A DNA stretch of 62,319 bases, counting the filler, from Rhabdomonas costata (lineage: Eukaryota), in NCBI GenBank assembly GCA_019059605.1. It is 35 parts of 35 records of this genome, joined end to end, with 100 filler letters (N's around TTAATTAATTAA, not from the genome) between each part and the next. Parts side by side here need not be neighbours in the genome. Positions count along the whole stretch, not along the records: positions 1 to 1,684 come from JAHMHO010010696.1; positions 1,785 to 3,469 come from JAHMHO010010697.1; positions 3,570 to 5,254 come from JAHMHO010010698.1; positions 5,355 to 7,038 come from JAHMHO010010699.1; positions 7,139 to 8,821 come from JAHMHO010010700.1; positions 8,922 to 10,605 come from JAHMHO010010701.1; positions 10,706 to 12,389 come from JAHMHO010010702.1; 28 more parts are not named here. One strand, written 5' to 3'. Each line of letters opens with the position of its first letter. Position 1 is the first letter of the stretch. Both the position numbers and the translations under genes were made by a program. Under the pieces are notes generated by a model. It did no database searches. It had not been told where the DNA came from and saw nothing but the letters and a program-made list of their open reading frames with translations. Below are positions 1-12,100 of this stretch, piece by piece.

Positions 1-8
1 TGTGGTTT

Positions 9-404
9 GGCCCGTAGAGGCCATTCCTTACCCATTAAGGTGTGTACTGCACAGTCGCGTACTTCGGTACGAAGCCGCTGCCTGTCTGTGTGGAATCCTA
101 ACTGCTGTTCAGAGCTGAGAATCTGCGAGCATATTCAGCAGGAGCTTATACCAATAACGCAGCTATTTCTGCGCATAACAACGCGTAAACAGTCTGCCTG
201 ACATAAAGCCGACGACGGCATACAACGCAATAAAAACTGTACAGTTTACATCTATAAAGAACCGAATGACTGCATCTTTAAAACTCACCCGATCTGTCTC
301 CGCACTTTTGCACAACTCTGCACACTTGGCCCCCGCTTGAATTACCGAAGCACGCGACTGTGCAGTACACACCTTAATGGGTAAGGAATGGCCTCTACGG
401 GCCA
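9..404. repeat. Inverted repeat, about 60-bp arms (9-69 and ~343-404), at the contig start
   Basis: ggcccgtagaggccattccttacccattaaggtgtgtactgcacagtcgcgt is reverse-complemented at ~353-404. Its position at a contig end suggests an amplification fold-back. Confidence 0.9.
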
Positions 405-996
405 TATCACACCACTCAGTAGCATCGACGGGAACAAGGAGGCCATCGCAAACTGCAACCCCCACCATACCGCAAGTACAAGAAGTGCAAGTGTGATTCA
501 ACCGGAAGACAGGCAATATCAAGTGTTCAGAAAACCAACTCGACAGCTGCCCGTTTCAGCGGGAAAGTGGGTCAGAACACCACGAGCTGATGGCTGTGGT
601 TCATGGTTGAACTGTGGCACAACGCCCAGCATGAAAATCTCCGCATAATTTCACCACTGACGGTCCAGCTAACAGTTGTGTTACCGACAGGAACCTTTTC
701 TAGGCACAGGAATTCTATACGAACCAGATGTATCTGATCAGGATTAAGACATAAATAATTCTCCGCGCATCAGCATCTATACACCGACGAAAACCTACCA
801 CACAGTTCTCTCTCTATCTCTCCAAAAAAAAAAAATAGGGCTTCTCATCTGCGCAGCAGTGCAACTGAAGGAGGAGGAATTTATGCACCCCATGATTGGT
901 TTCTTGACAGCATAGCAGCGGTCAAGCCGGGCCAGGCACTACAACCCAAAAACTGTCCCCCCCCCCAAAAAAAAACGGTAGCTCGGGGCGGGGGAC

Positions 997-1197
997 CTGG
1001 ATGGCCTCCACCTCAGACTCCGCCTTGGCGGCGATGACCAGGCCGTAGCTCATCCCCACAACCCCCATCAGCAGCACCAGCGCGATCACCAGAACAATGT
1101 TCTCATTCATCGGGATGTGGAACAGCCCCACCGCCACGATGAGCATCATCGAGACTTGGGTGCACAGCACCAGCAGCTGCGCCAGCAGCTGCCCAGC
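997..1197 (-). CDS. Internal exon of an ABC-2 type (ABCH/ABCG-like) transporter permease domain
   Basis: 201-nt phase-0 exon bounded by tag|...|gt. It reads AGQLLAQLLVLCTQVSMMLIVAVGLFHIPMNENIVLVIALVLLMGVVGMSYGLVIAAKAESEVEAIQ, with hydrophobic helices and the G-x-x-x-G-L-x-I-A...E-A-x-Q pattern of ABC2 membrane domains. Confidence 0.75.
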
Positions 1198-1684
1198 CTA
1201 CCCACCCACCGCCGTCCAAACACAGCTAAAAAATTGCATTCCATAGGTTCGAATGATTAATTGTTTTCGAGTTCTCAAACCCAGGGGCATCGAAAGAAGA
1301 CGTCGAGGTCAATGATGCAAGCCACATCAATGGGAGTGCCGGGAGGAACGTCACGGAAAGAATTAAGTGTTCCTCATATACATGGCCCTGAGCAACATTA
1401 GCCCCATTACCGTAATTATCCTACATCGTGGCTCCATCACACCACAGGGACGCTGGAAGGAGGTATGCTGGAATGCGACCAAGGGCCAATTTAGGGACAT
1501 TATGGCATTATTATTATTACAAAGAGCTCGAGACGGCAACTAAAAGGGAGGGTCACAGCCAGCACGCAGGCAACTCACTGTTCACTCGCGCACGGTGCAG
1601 GCAATCACTCAAGTCCACCCACAGAAAGCACCCTGCCACTCTCACAACAAACAAACAACATCCCAAACACCCGCACACAGAGAT

Positions 1685-1784
1685 NNNNNNNNNNNNNNNN
1701 NNNNNNNNNNNNNNNNNNNNNNNNNNNNTTAATTAATTAANNNNNNNNNNNNNNNNNNNNNNNNNNNNNNNNNNNNNNNNNNNN
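1685..1784. other. Artificial contig linker N44-TTAATTAATTAA-N44 (first of 34, recurring about every 1.78 kb; last at 60535-60634)
   Basis: Identical 100-nt spacer with stops in all six frames, separating contigs of 1679-1696 nt. Confidence 0.99.
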
Positions 1785-1862
1785 CCCTGCCTTTCGACCT
1801 CGGCTTTTTCCCACCGCTTTCCTCTGTCCTGCATTTTCCCTTTCCCCACTGTTTCTTCAAAG

Positions 1863-2974
1863 ATACCGTGGTGGACGTCGACCTTCTGTGCTATCTGTGC
1901 TCAAAGCCTATCGAGCCACCGGTTGTGTTGCACCCCCTCCCCTCCCTTCTGTGTTCTGCTGATGGATAAATTATGTATTTCATTAATTTTTTTGCATTAA
2001 CACTATCGCCATCTCCGCATCTGTGCATCGTTTACAACAACAACAGTCCTTGTGTTTGGCGACCAACTGTGACGGACCGCGATTGATTTCCTTTGCGCCA
2101 CCCGTTCGTTATGGAGGCGCTGCACTGCATCCATGCGCACGTGCTCTCTCAGGGGCTGTGTTGCCACTCCAAGGCATGCTCCTTGAAGTGTCACGTGGTT
2201 TGCCTGGCGGAGTGGTTCCATGACAACCCTGTGGGAGGGGCACCTTCTGAAGGTTTCAGTCTCTCAGCCCGCCCTAGCTGGATTTACTTTCACACAAGTT
2301 TTCTTTGGATTCTTTTGGTTTGACTTCTCTCCCCTTCGTCGTCCAAAATCTGATTTTTTTTCTTCAATGCTCACCTCCGTGACGAGTTGGCATTGCTTCC
2401 CCTTAAATTGCAGAGACCCCGCCCTGCCTATTTTCGCTTTTCCGTTGACCTTGCTTGTGCATCTTCTTTGGAATTCGCGTTCGCGCATTGGTTTACCACG
2501 TTTACTGAATGGGCCTGCGTCGTTCCACCATTGTTACAGCTGCTATGGCGCCTTTCCCCCAAAAAATCGTCCCGCCCTCCCTCTCAGAAAATGGTGCCCT
2601 GATTTTTAACAAGCATGCCTAGATACCGATCGATTGCGAATCACGTAAACAGCCGCACACACATACCTGCAGAGGAGGAGCCCTGCGTGATCCCTGCGAG
2701 GCCCTCGGAGTGTCCCTTGTGTGGGCGCCAGCTCTCGTGGGTGTGCTGCACCCCTTCGCATATTTTCGTGGATGCTGTTCGCGGGCGCGTGTGTTTCCGG
2801 CGGACAAAGGGCGGAAGTGGAAGGACTGGATGGTTGGGGCACCAGAGGAGGTAACATGTTTCGATCGTTTTGTTGTTGTCGTCCTTGTTCGAGTTTTTAC
2901 GGGTCTGGCCTGGTTTTGGCTGTGACTTTGCGAGTGTGCCCCGCACACAGGGCTTGCTGATTCAGAGGCACAAG
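1863..2974 (+). CDS. SLX1: SLX1 structure-specific endonuclease, C-terminal RING-like zinc finger (4 exons, partial)
   Basis: Exons 1863-1921, 2153-2252, 2673-2740 and 2951-2974 join in phase across GT-AG introns: LLCYLCSKPIEPP|GLCCHSKACSLKCHVVCLAEWF...|EEEPCVIPARPSECPLCGRQLSW|GLLIQRHK. This matches the SLX1 pattern CxxC..CxxxxC..HxxCLAxxF..IP..CPxC..LxWGxLI. Confidence 0.85.
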
Positions 2975-3579
2975 GTGGCGCTTCGCAGGCGTCTTTTGGA
3001 GATTGTGTATAACGGAGCCCTGGTGTGCTTCTCTGTCTGCGTGCGTGTATGCATGTTGTGACCCAAACTGAGTCACATAATCTCAGGGTGCATTCATCAC
3101 CTGCGGCGCTGACTTCTTCCAGATGAACACCAGGGTGAAAGATCGGAGGGCTCTAAAGGAGGCTCTTCCTGATCCCAAGGACTTCAAGGACCGATCACGC
3201 AGTTCACGGAGACCTATACCACCATCCCTTCGGTCCTTCACTTTCTGCCTGCCTTTTCTTTTTGAAGGAGCTTCCACAGACCTCAAGCAATGTTGATGCC
3301 GGAGCGACGGGGAGCCAGTTGCTTGGCGTGGCTACGGAGTTCAGTTCGAGGCCAAAGAAGCGTCAGAGAGCACATGACCATGCACCACAGATGCAGCGGC
3401 TGACCCAAAACCAGGGAAGAAGCCCTTCTGCCACGACGACTGCTGCTTTGACGTGCGCCCCACCCCAACNNNNNNNNNNNNNNNNNNNNNNNNNNNNNNN
3501 NNNNNNNNNNNNNTTAATTAATTAANNNNNNNNNNNNNNNNNNNNNNNNNNNNNNNNNNNNNNNNNNNNTTGTTTTTTT

Positions 3580-3706
3580 AAGCACCCACCAGCATTCCTT
3601 CAAGGCTGATTAAAAAGACAATCCCAGGTATTTTTACACAAGTACTTTGCAAAAATACCTGGGATTGTCTTTTTAATCAGCCTTGAAGGAATGCTGGTGG
3701 GTGCTT
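3580..3706. repeat. Perfect hairpin, 56-bp arms with a 15-nt loop, at the contig start
   Basis: aagcacccacc...ggtattttt pairs with aaaaatacc...ggtgggtgctt. Confidence 0.95.
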
Positions 3707-4124
3707 TCTACGTTTGTGTACCGCTGTGTTGTTTGTTTGTGTTAGGTGTGTTCTGATGTGTTCTCACGTCGGCGCATTTACGTGCATCCGCACTGGCACA
3801 TTTTTCCTCGGGCACCATCACACGCGTGTGTTTGTGTTTCTTTTTTCGTGAAAAGGCTATGCACATTCACTTGTTTTGTACACATATTTACACCCATTTG
3901 CATTGCGGTTAACGGGCCTCTTCCCAATGAAGATTGCTGGTTCGATTCCCAGACCCTGAGGTGGCGGCCCCGCAAAGACGAGTAGCAAGTCTTGGCTACT
4001 GGTTCCCGTCCGCATCTGGTGCAAAGCCAATGCTAAGAAACCCCGCAGATTCCCGTGCGGAGCGTGATCCGTAACTTCTGTCAGCAGAGGGTGAAACTGT
4101 GGTGGTAACATTTCTTAGCATCAA

Positions 4125-4472
4125 GGCTGTTTGCCGCGCCAATGCACCCATATTGCCGTATGCTCCTACATGGCCAGTGAAGAAGATGTGGCCATTGCAG
4201 CTGGTTACAATTCGCTCATTCACACAGACGTGGCCTTTTCTAACCTACCTTCATTGCACAGCGCAGTGTTTTTGACTGGGAGCACAACATCTAGGTTGGA
4301 GCTGAATAAACTGATCCCGACTACAGAGAAATAGTGAGGATCTTGCTGCTCAGCCACGGAATTAGTAACTACCACATCAAGAATGGTGATCTGGTGGCGC
4401 AATTGCTGTTGAGTACCCCCGTGCGCGTTGTTTCACAACTGCGAGGCAAAGTCGGGTTTGGATCCTCTAAAG
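4125..4472 (+). pseudogene. Degenerate, frameshifted trimeric dUTPase
   Basis: One frame reads LPRQCTHIAVCSYMASEEDVAIAAGYNSLIHTDVAF. After a shift near 4310 it reads DPDYREIVRILLLSHG..YHIKNGDLVAQLLL..LRGKVGFGSS, resembling motifs III (DxDYRG), IV (GDRIAQL) and V (RGxxGFGST). Confidence 0.8.
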
Positions 4473-5965
4473 TTGGTTCGGTTTCTGAACCCACGGCCGC
4501 TCGCAGTAATTTATAACATCCAACATCAAAATTGACGACCCGAATCCGACGTCACGTGGCAGTTTGACGTACCGCATTAGGAATCTTCCATTTATGACGC
4601 TCCGGAATTGGAAACTGCTTCTCCTTGTATATCCACCACACATGTTGCCATTTTAATAAAGTTTGTGTTGCGTCGAGTATTAGCTCACCTTTTGGAGCTC
4701 AATAACTTAATCTATATACTTCCAATAGGGAAGAAATGAGAAATATTGATTGTCGCTTTTGTATCAAGTTTGCATTGTATGCAGCTTAATTAATTCATGC
4801 CTTATTCATTCCATTCAACGTACTGAAACTCATTCAAACAGCTCTCCGTGCCACACTGTTGATTCCCCATTTTGTAATTGTTGTTGTCACTTTCAATTTT
4901 ACTGATCTATTAGGGGCGCATAGTCGCATTAATAAAAGATTCAAGAAACCATTCAAGAGCTTCCTTTACAGAACTTTTGCGTTCCAGATGTTAATATTCA
5001 AATTTTTTGAAAAATGGCATTACTAATCTCTGCAGTTTGATCACACCATTTCGTGTTCACAACTCTTCTTCTCATTTTTATAGCGCTTCGGCTTGCTTGC
5101 GTCTCTGCCTATGGAATCAGTGCATTTTCCTATACAGCATTAAAGCACCAAAGCACACACAGAAAAAAAAACAGTAGAAATCACTCTATCAATAGAACTT
5201 CGCGCATAGTTGCCAAAGATCATAATATTGTGATAGCAAATCTGGTCCAAACACNNNNNNNNNNNNNNNNNNNNNNNNNNNNNNNNNNNNNNNNNNNNTT
5301 AATTAATTAANNNNNNNNNNNNNNNNNNNNNNNNNNNNNNNNNNNNNNNNNNNNGGTTGGGTGTGGCATTGGTGGGGCTGCTGGGCTGCTGCACCGGGGT
5401 GGCCGGGCCGGACCCGGAGGCTAGGATGGCCTGGGCCGTCCCGGGAGGAACCGCGCTGGCCACGAAGCTAATGTTCGGGGAGGAGCTGGGGCCAAGAGTG
5501 GGGGACTGCGAGAAGGCACTGGTGGTGGGGGATCCTGTCGGAGGGCTCCCCGAGATGTTCATCCTGAAGAGAAGAGAAAAAAACGACCTCAACCCTAGAT
5601 CTACCACCGCCGGTGGGAATGGGGCCCAGAGCGTCGTTGGTTACAGGTATTGTGGCAACCATCTTAGCAATTGGCCCCTGCATCTGTGGAGAGAGAGCTG
5701 CCAGGAAAGGCGTCAGAGGGAATACCATTTCCAAGTCATCAACTTCAATTAATTCTCAAAATTCAAGCCCGTCCTGTGGTCTCGGATGATCTGAAAGAGC
5801 TTCTCGATTTGTTTTGGGGGGTTCGAAGCCAAACTGCAGGCGTTTCGGTCGTTTCGGTTGCGGTATGCAGGGTTCTCGATGGCGGGAAAGCACCTAGAAA
5901 ACTCGGGATGATCATTTCTATTCCGATCCGCAACCCCCGTCTTCCCCCCGCTCCCCCATCTGTAC

Positions 5966-6980
5966 CGGCCATCTGAGGCTGAAGAGGTGGGCTCTGTGGC
6001 CGCCGGGGATATCGACGCCGTCAGAAGCTCCGCTAGCAAGGGGAGGATCCCCACCCGCAGCATTATCGTAGTTAGGGTCAGGGAAGCTCTTGCAGAGAGG
6101 CTTAGGGTACGCAGGATGGTGCTCGCTGTAACAGGCCCTGCGACAAAAAAGGAAACAAGCGCAAGTACATGACACAAAACCACGAAGAAGCCCCTTCGAA
6201 GAAGCCGCTTCGCCCATTTCGACTAATATCCACTCACAATCCGGCACATAACGCCACTTTATGGGTACTATGGTAGGAGGGGAGCGAGCTTACAAGAGAT
6301 GACAACCGCCTCCACTGTACTGCCCAGTGTGCCCTGTAGCAGCCCCCCGCCAACAGTTCAAAGGTTGGCTGCCCCGGCAGATGGGGCACACAGCCTCAAA
6401 GGGTCTCAAAAAAAACTCAGCGGCAAACTCAACTATCAACTCCCAGTTGACCGACATTAGGTGCTTTGATCCCGTGTTGATCCGAGGCGCTCAACATCAA
6501 CCCAGATGTGGGGTGGAGTTATGCTCAGATGAAGTTGCACAAAGGCCCCCCCAAAAAAGTCATTCACGAACATAACACCCACAACCAATGTCATGCTTCA
6601 CTTCGGCAGCCTTGTCGCGCTTGGGTGCGATCAGGTCGATCAGCCCAACGATAAGCCGCTCTGTGACGATCTGCTTCAACCTCTCCTCGTCATCGGCGCA
6701 CCCCGCGACCAGTCTGTGTATGTGTGTGTGATGAGTCGGTACGTGTGCACCCGCCTCCCAAACCATCCCAAACCGGTTTCACGGTCGCCTCCTCAATTTC
6801 ACGAGAGTGCATACAATGAAACACACCTGGAGAAGCACAGCACGGCGTTCTCCACCACCTTGGTATCATCGTAGGAGAGAAAGTTCGTTAGGGTGGGGAC
6901 GATGTCCTGCACCATGGGGAAGCATTGTCGGGGCACCCGCTTACACAGCACAGCGGCTGTATGGACGACCTGTTGCCGGA
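5966..6980 (-). CDS. TRIP12/UPL3/Ufd4-type HECT E3 ubiquitin ligase, N-terminal ARM region (at least 3 exons, partial)
   Basis: Exons ~6827-6980, 6586-6713 and 5966-6137 join in phase: VVHTAAVLCKRVPRQCFPMVQDIVPTLTNFLSYDDTKVVENAVLCFSR|LVAGCADDEERLKQIVTERLIVGLIDLI...|GPVTASTILRTLS...GILPLLAELL. Further low-complexity exons probably run to 5355. Confidence 0.8.
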
Positions 6981-7904
6981 ACCCCCCCCCCTCGGATGGA
7001 AAGTTTTGCCGAAAAAAGGAGAGCTGCCAACCACCAACNNNNNNNNNNNNNNNNNNNNNNNNNNNNNNNNNNNNNNNNNNNNTTAATTAATTAANNNNNN
7101 NNNNNNNNNNNNNNNNNNNNNNNNNNNNNNNNNNNNNNGTGGGGTGGGTTCCCGCAGTCGTCGTCGGGGCTCGTCTGCGCCTGCGTCTGCGTCTGCGATC
7201 TTTACTCGCAGGATTCGCAAGGTCTCCATGCAGTCATTTCCCAGTAGCGAGTGGTAGAGACAGTGCTCGTCAAATCTTCTCTCTTTTTCTCTTTTTCTAC
7301 TTGCCAGTGGCTCCTCGATAGCAGCTCTTGTTCAGGTGTGCTTTTCCGACGGTATGCTCTCTCCACTGATTGTCCAGGGGTCTCAGGCAGAGCTTGCTGA
7401 ACTTCCTGTTCCGCTTCTCCGAGTCCTCGAAGGAACCACTTCACTCAAGCACCAGTAACTTTTTGGGAAGGATGTGTGTGTGTGTGTGTGCGGACCAGAA
7501 TCGGACCAGCAGCTCTACCGGGAGTACCGAGAGATGATGAAAGCGTGCACAGCGTGCACAGGTGGCGGTGGCGAGGGGGTAATCCGGATTAGCAGCAGGT
7601 ACAAATGAAAAACATGTGATTACAACATGCAAATCACATGAAAAAAGGCAACCAAGACTCGAAAAAAAAACACGCGCAGTTCTCTCCCCACCTGCCACCC
7701 ACAGAAACATCAATCAACAGCAAATAATATCAATAATACCATTTTCCAGGGAACTACACCCCATATAAAACCCCGCAATAAATCTCCTGGGGTGGGGGAC
7801 ATGTGAATGCCCCTGCGAGTCGAATAATATCATGCATCTTCCTCCCCAAGTGAAACCGCATTATCACTAATTCCTGCTAATCATGAGTATCCCCCCCTCA
7901 ACTG

Positions 7905-8750
7905 GCCTTGAGCCGTGTTGCACAGCGAGCACCTGCGTAAATAGCGACGACAACCACTGCGGCGCTCATGGAGGCGTAGCCAAGGGCGGCGGAAAGGCTG
8001 TGCAGAAGAAGCTCGCGAGACTCCGTGAAGGCTGCGGTGCCCAACCCGCGCTGTTTGCGCCCACGTATCCCGGCGATGTACTTCATTATCTGATCCCGCC
8101 CGCACCTCCCCCCACATGACATCTTGGACGGCATGCAAAGGTCTCAATCATTGTCCCCGACAAGACACAGAGGGCAAAGGTCTCTCCCCACACATCGCAC
8201 ACAATCGCATCTTTCACCCAGCCAGGACCACGGTTGTTTGTGTCTACATTTTCCATATATCTGGGAACCCTACTTCCTTCCTCTTCATCAAAGAGACAAA
8301 AAAGGCTCTCAATCGCTCAGCTTCCCTCATCACCTTCCCGTCCCAAAGATGCCTAAGATGGACAAAACGTCTCAGGCCTCATCGATAATCCGAATAATCG
8401 ACATTACTTGAGAAATTCGAATGAAGGTGAGAGCACGGGAGGCACCAGAAATCCCCAGTCAACACGGAAGGAAGGCGGAAGAGAGATGTAGTGGCGTGGG
8501 AAGGATGCACGGCAACGCGCGCGCGGGCGGGAGGGCGGAGACCTCCTCAGGAAGGCACACCACGAAGGTCGACGCGACGAACGCCAGAAAAACCTGCAGC
8601 GCCGGATGCAGCTTAGTGTTCGCGTCAATGTGAAAGCCAAATGTCAGGACAATGCTGAGCAGCACCGCCAGGGCGGCTTGCGCGAAGATAATCTGCACAA
8701 TGCAGCGGCAAGCGCTCAGCGCGCGGGGGTGCGACGATGCTACGATGACG
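7905..8750 (-). CDS. PrsW-like intramembrane glutamic protease (partial, at least 2 exons)
   Basis: Splicing 8543|gt to ag|8089 gives transmembrane helices then VVCLPEE|IMKYIAG (EExxK) followed by SAALGYASM. A possible later exon near 7530-7600 reads LLIRI..PVHA. Confidence 0.5.
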
Positions 8751-8821
8751 GTTTGCTGTGCAAGATCAAAAGGAGTGAACGGTGTACACCGTTCACTCCT
8801 TTTGATCTTGCACAGCAAACC
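8750..8821. repeat. Perfect 72-bp palindrome at the contig end
   Basis: ggtttgctgtg...ggtgtacacc...cacagcaaacc. Confidence 0.95.
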
Positions 8822-8928
8822 NNNNNNNNNNNNNNNNNNNNNNNNNNNNNNNNNNNNNNNNNNNNTTAATTAATTAANNNNNNNNNNNNNNNNNNNNNNN
8901 NNNNNNNNNNNNNNNNNNNNNGGTGTTG

Positions 8929-9134
8929 TGTCAAGGTGAAAATGTACAACAATCAGGAAAAGAGCAACCTGGTATTGGATTAACTGTGCCATACCACGGA
9001 TTTACAATCAGTACACGAAGTGGAGATAAAACTCCGCCCACTTCTGATGAATTCATTGTAAATCCGTGGTATGGCACAGTTAATCCAATACCAGGTTGCT
9101 CTTTTCCTGATTGTTGTACATTTTCACCTTGACA
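8929..9134. repeat. Perfect inverted repeat, 80-bp arms (8929-9008, 9055-9134), at the contig start
   Basis: The same peptide LCQGENVQQSGKEQPGIGLTVPYHGFT appears on both strands in the ORF track. Confidence 0.95.
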
Positions 9135-12100
9135 TAATACCATAATACCATTTCCCAAATACATAAATCCTGTGTGAATGTTAGGTTTCTTAGGCGAGAC
9201 TTATATAGTAAAACTTCAGTACTTGTGACCAGTTTATTGGAGATATTTTGTTTACACCACGCCATAGTATTTTGACCAACCATAGTAATGGCAAAAATCA
9301 CTTGCATTGTTTTATAAACGCTCTTTGCATTTATGCCATTCAGGCGCACTAAACAGTCAGCGTTGCTATATGTGTTGAATTGCTGTATATGCTGTATTGT
9401 TTTTCGTACACGTTTGCTGCCATGCAAGAATTGGCAACGCGTTGGAGAGATAACTGTTGAAACCACAGAAGAGATCTCACAGCTGCCAATTGTTTTGTGC
9501 TAACTAATGACGCCAGAACAGCTTGATTGGAACATCAATAAAAGACTATTTATTTTCAAGCTGTGCAATGTATCTAGAGTTAAATGATTCAGGTTAAGGA
9601 AGTTCGCCGAGTTAAATATTCATAAAAAGAAGCATATGGCATCATCGCCTTATTGGATCATGCTGTTCCTGGGTAAAAAGCAGTTTGAAATCTGGTACTA
9701 GTTCTTCAGGAAGCTCAATAGCTCGTTCCTCAGCAACACACGTGAGTTTCAACTGCTGGTATGTACCAAGCACAAGATCATTAGTGCAATTTTACAACGT
9801 TTTGAACATTTACATATCGAAACAACATTGGTTAATAATACAGAAGCTTTTTTTTTTAATTTCACAACAAGTTGATGTTTCTTCCATGTATTTTATGCCA
9901 TTGCTTTGTAAATATTTGTGGATTCCAAAAACGCATCTGGAAATATTACTCATTTTTATTTCAGATTTGCATCACGTGGTTCACTTCACTTCACTTTACT
10001 TCTGCGTTTGCCGCCCATATTACTCATATGTTACTCAACTAGACTGTGATGTTTATGATATCAGTTGGACTTCACCAAGGCGTTTGTGGTCAGCTCGCCA
10101 TCACAGGGTCACTTAAATAGATCGAGTGGTTGTCCACTATATCCAAAATTTAGACACACAATCATCAATTTAGTATTCATTTGTAAATTTCTGCCGTGTT
10201 TGTGGTGTTGTAAGTGCAACTACGCATCTCAGTTATATAAAAAAGTATATGCCATTTAATTCTACAACAATATGACGATGCAAACACACATCTTCCATTC
10301 TTACCTACAATACGCTTATCTCTACCAGAAAGCATTTCGTTTCATTTCTCCACTTGACTCTACTGTAGCCGATCAGAACACAGAACTCAGCCTCAAGCTC
10401 TGTTGAGTCTACCCCAGAAATTCTATCGATTTCGCTTACATGTTTCCCATTCACATTTTCCCCACACAAACTCCTATTTCCTGTTGTGCCCCTTGGCAAG
10501 TCCCATTCTCCTCCACTCCCGTCGAATTTTATGGCCGATTCTCTCTCGCCCATTCTTCCCTCATCCATCTTGTGGACAAATCATAGCCGATAAATCCACA
10601 ACCACNNNNNNNNNNNNNNNNNNNNNNNNNNNNNNNNNNNNNNNNNNNNTTAATTAATTAANNNNNNNNNNNNNNNNNNNNNNNNNNNNNNNNNNNNNNN
10701 NNNNNGTGGTGTGGGGGGGAAGGGTGGTGATGGGGGAAGGGTGGTGATAAGTTCACACACAGGATCGCTGGGTGCGGCCAACGCTGCTACCCATCCCCGT
10801 CGTTGTCCCGGCCGACATTGCAGTCCCGCTCACTGCAGACATGCCCGGAAAGAAGGATGGAAACAGAGCAGAGAACGAAACGGAACCAGGACCTTGGAAA
10901 AAAAAACAGAAGGCCTCCCCAAGCGCTGCGTCGCCAAAGGCGGCGTCAGATTCCCAAAAGAGGCAGAGGAGGCGTCATTCGAGTGAACGCAAATAGATTG
11001 GACTTGAAGGAGGGAGAAAGGAAGGGGGGGGGGATTTAGTCTACCAGCCCCGGAGGACGTGCCCATCACAACAGAAGCGGAGGGAGAGGAGTACTGCGCC
11101 ACGCAGTCGAGCGCTGTCCCCAGACTGACCTCTGAAGAGACGAAGCAATCACTTCACTTCCCTCTTTCTGTGCATGGAGCAAATACGGAGCAGGCAGGGT
11201 CTCATCACACATGTGCACAGTCTGCAGTAGGAAAGGGGTCAGAGAAGAGGGTGAACATAGGACCAGGAGACGACAATCCGAAGAACGCGACAACAAAGGG
11301 AGTGCGTTTTTTTGGGGGGGTGCATACCAGTGTGTTGGGAAGAAACGCTGGGGGACCAGCCAGCCGTGACGGATGCACCACCCATGCCTGAGGACACGCA
11401 CACAGCACAAAAGATAGGCGGAAGAACAACCCCGCACGCAAGATTGCAGCTCGTCCTTGCAAAGTGCATGTACACACGCATCCCACACAAGCACCCAATT
11501 GTTCCAAGTGAAGAAGACCGATCCAATGCTTCAGAACGAACAGGGTGAGAACCGGACAGCGTGGCTACAGAAGAAGGGGGGGTCAGTTCACAATCGACTC
11601 AGAAACGGCAGAAGACCCGGTCGCTGCTCCGATTCCTCCTGTTCTTCAAGCCAGCCTTCCAACCTTGGAATCCCGTGTGCGGGTTCCGTTGTTTCAAACC
11701 GCGCGAGAGATAGTGGGAAGGGGAGGGCACATCGGGTCCACACACTTGTCCGCGGGGGCCGAGGCAGGCCAGGGGACAGTGCACTTGTTGGAGGCCCACT
11801 CACTGTGTGCGTGCGCGCGAGGTTGGGGGTCAGAGAGAATTTGGTAATCGATCTGTCTCGTCCATCATTCAAACGTTGACAGCCTACCCCTTTCAACAAC
11901 AACCACTGGCGCTGTGGGTTCCAACGGCAGCGAGCCCGGATTTGCTTCTCACTTCTCAGAACGAGATCTCCCGGCACTATCAGATCCTCAGCATTCGCTG
12001 GGATTCTCCATGCACCCCCCCGTTTGGGCGTGCGGGTCACGTGCGGGTAGAAGGGATTAAGGTTGAAGATATGGATGAGTTTTCAAAGGGGCTGATTCTG

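Noticed and set aside
1729-1740. Regularly spaced TTAATTAATTAA as a CRISPR-like array or biological repeat
   Set aside because: It is always embedded in N44 on both sides and is an artificial six-frame stop linker.
3580-3706. Terminal hairpins (also 9-404, 8750-8821, 8929-9134, 23191-23513) as MITEs, terminators or hairpin telomeres
   Set aside because: They are perfect or near-perfect copies of adjacent sequence, sit at contig ends next to primer-like bases, cut through coding frames and share no common sequence. This is typical of amplification fold-back chimeras.
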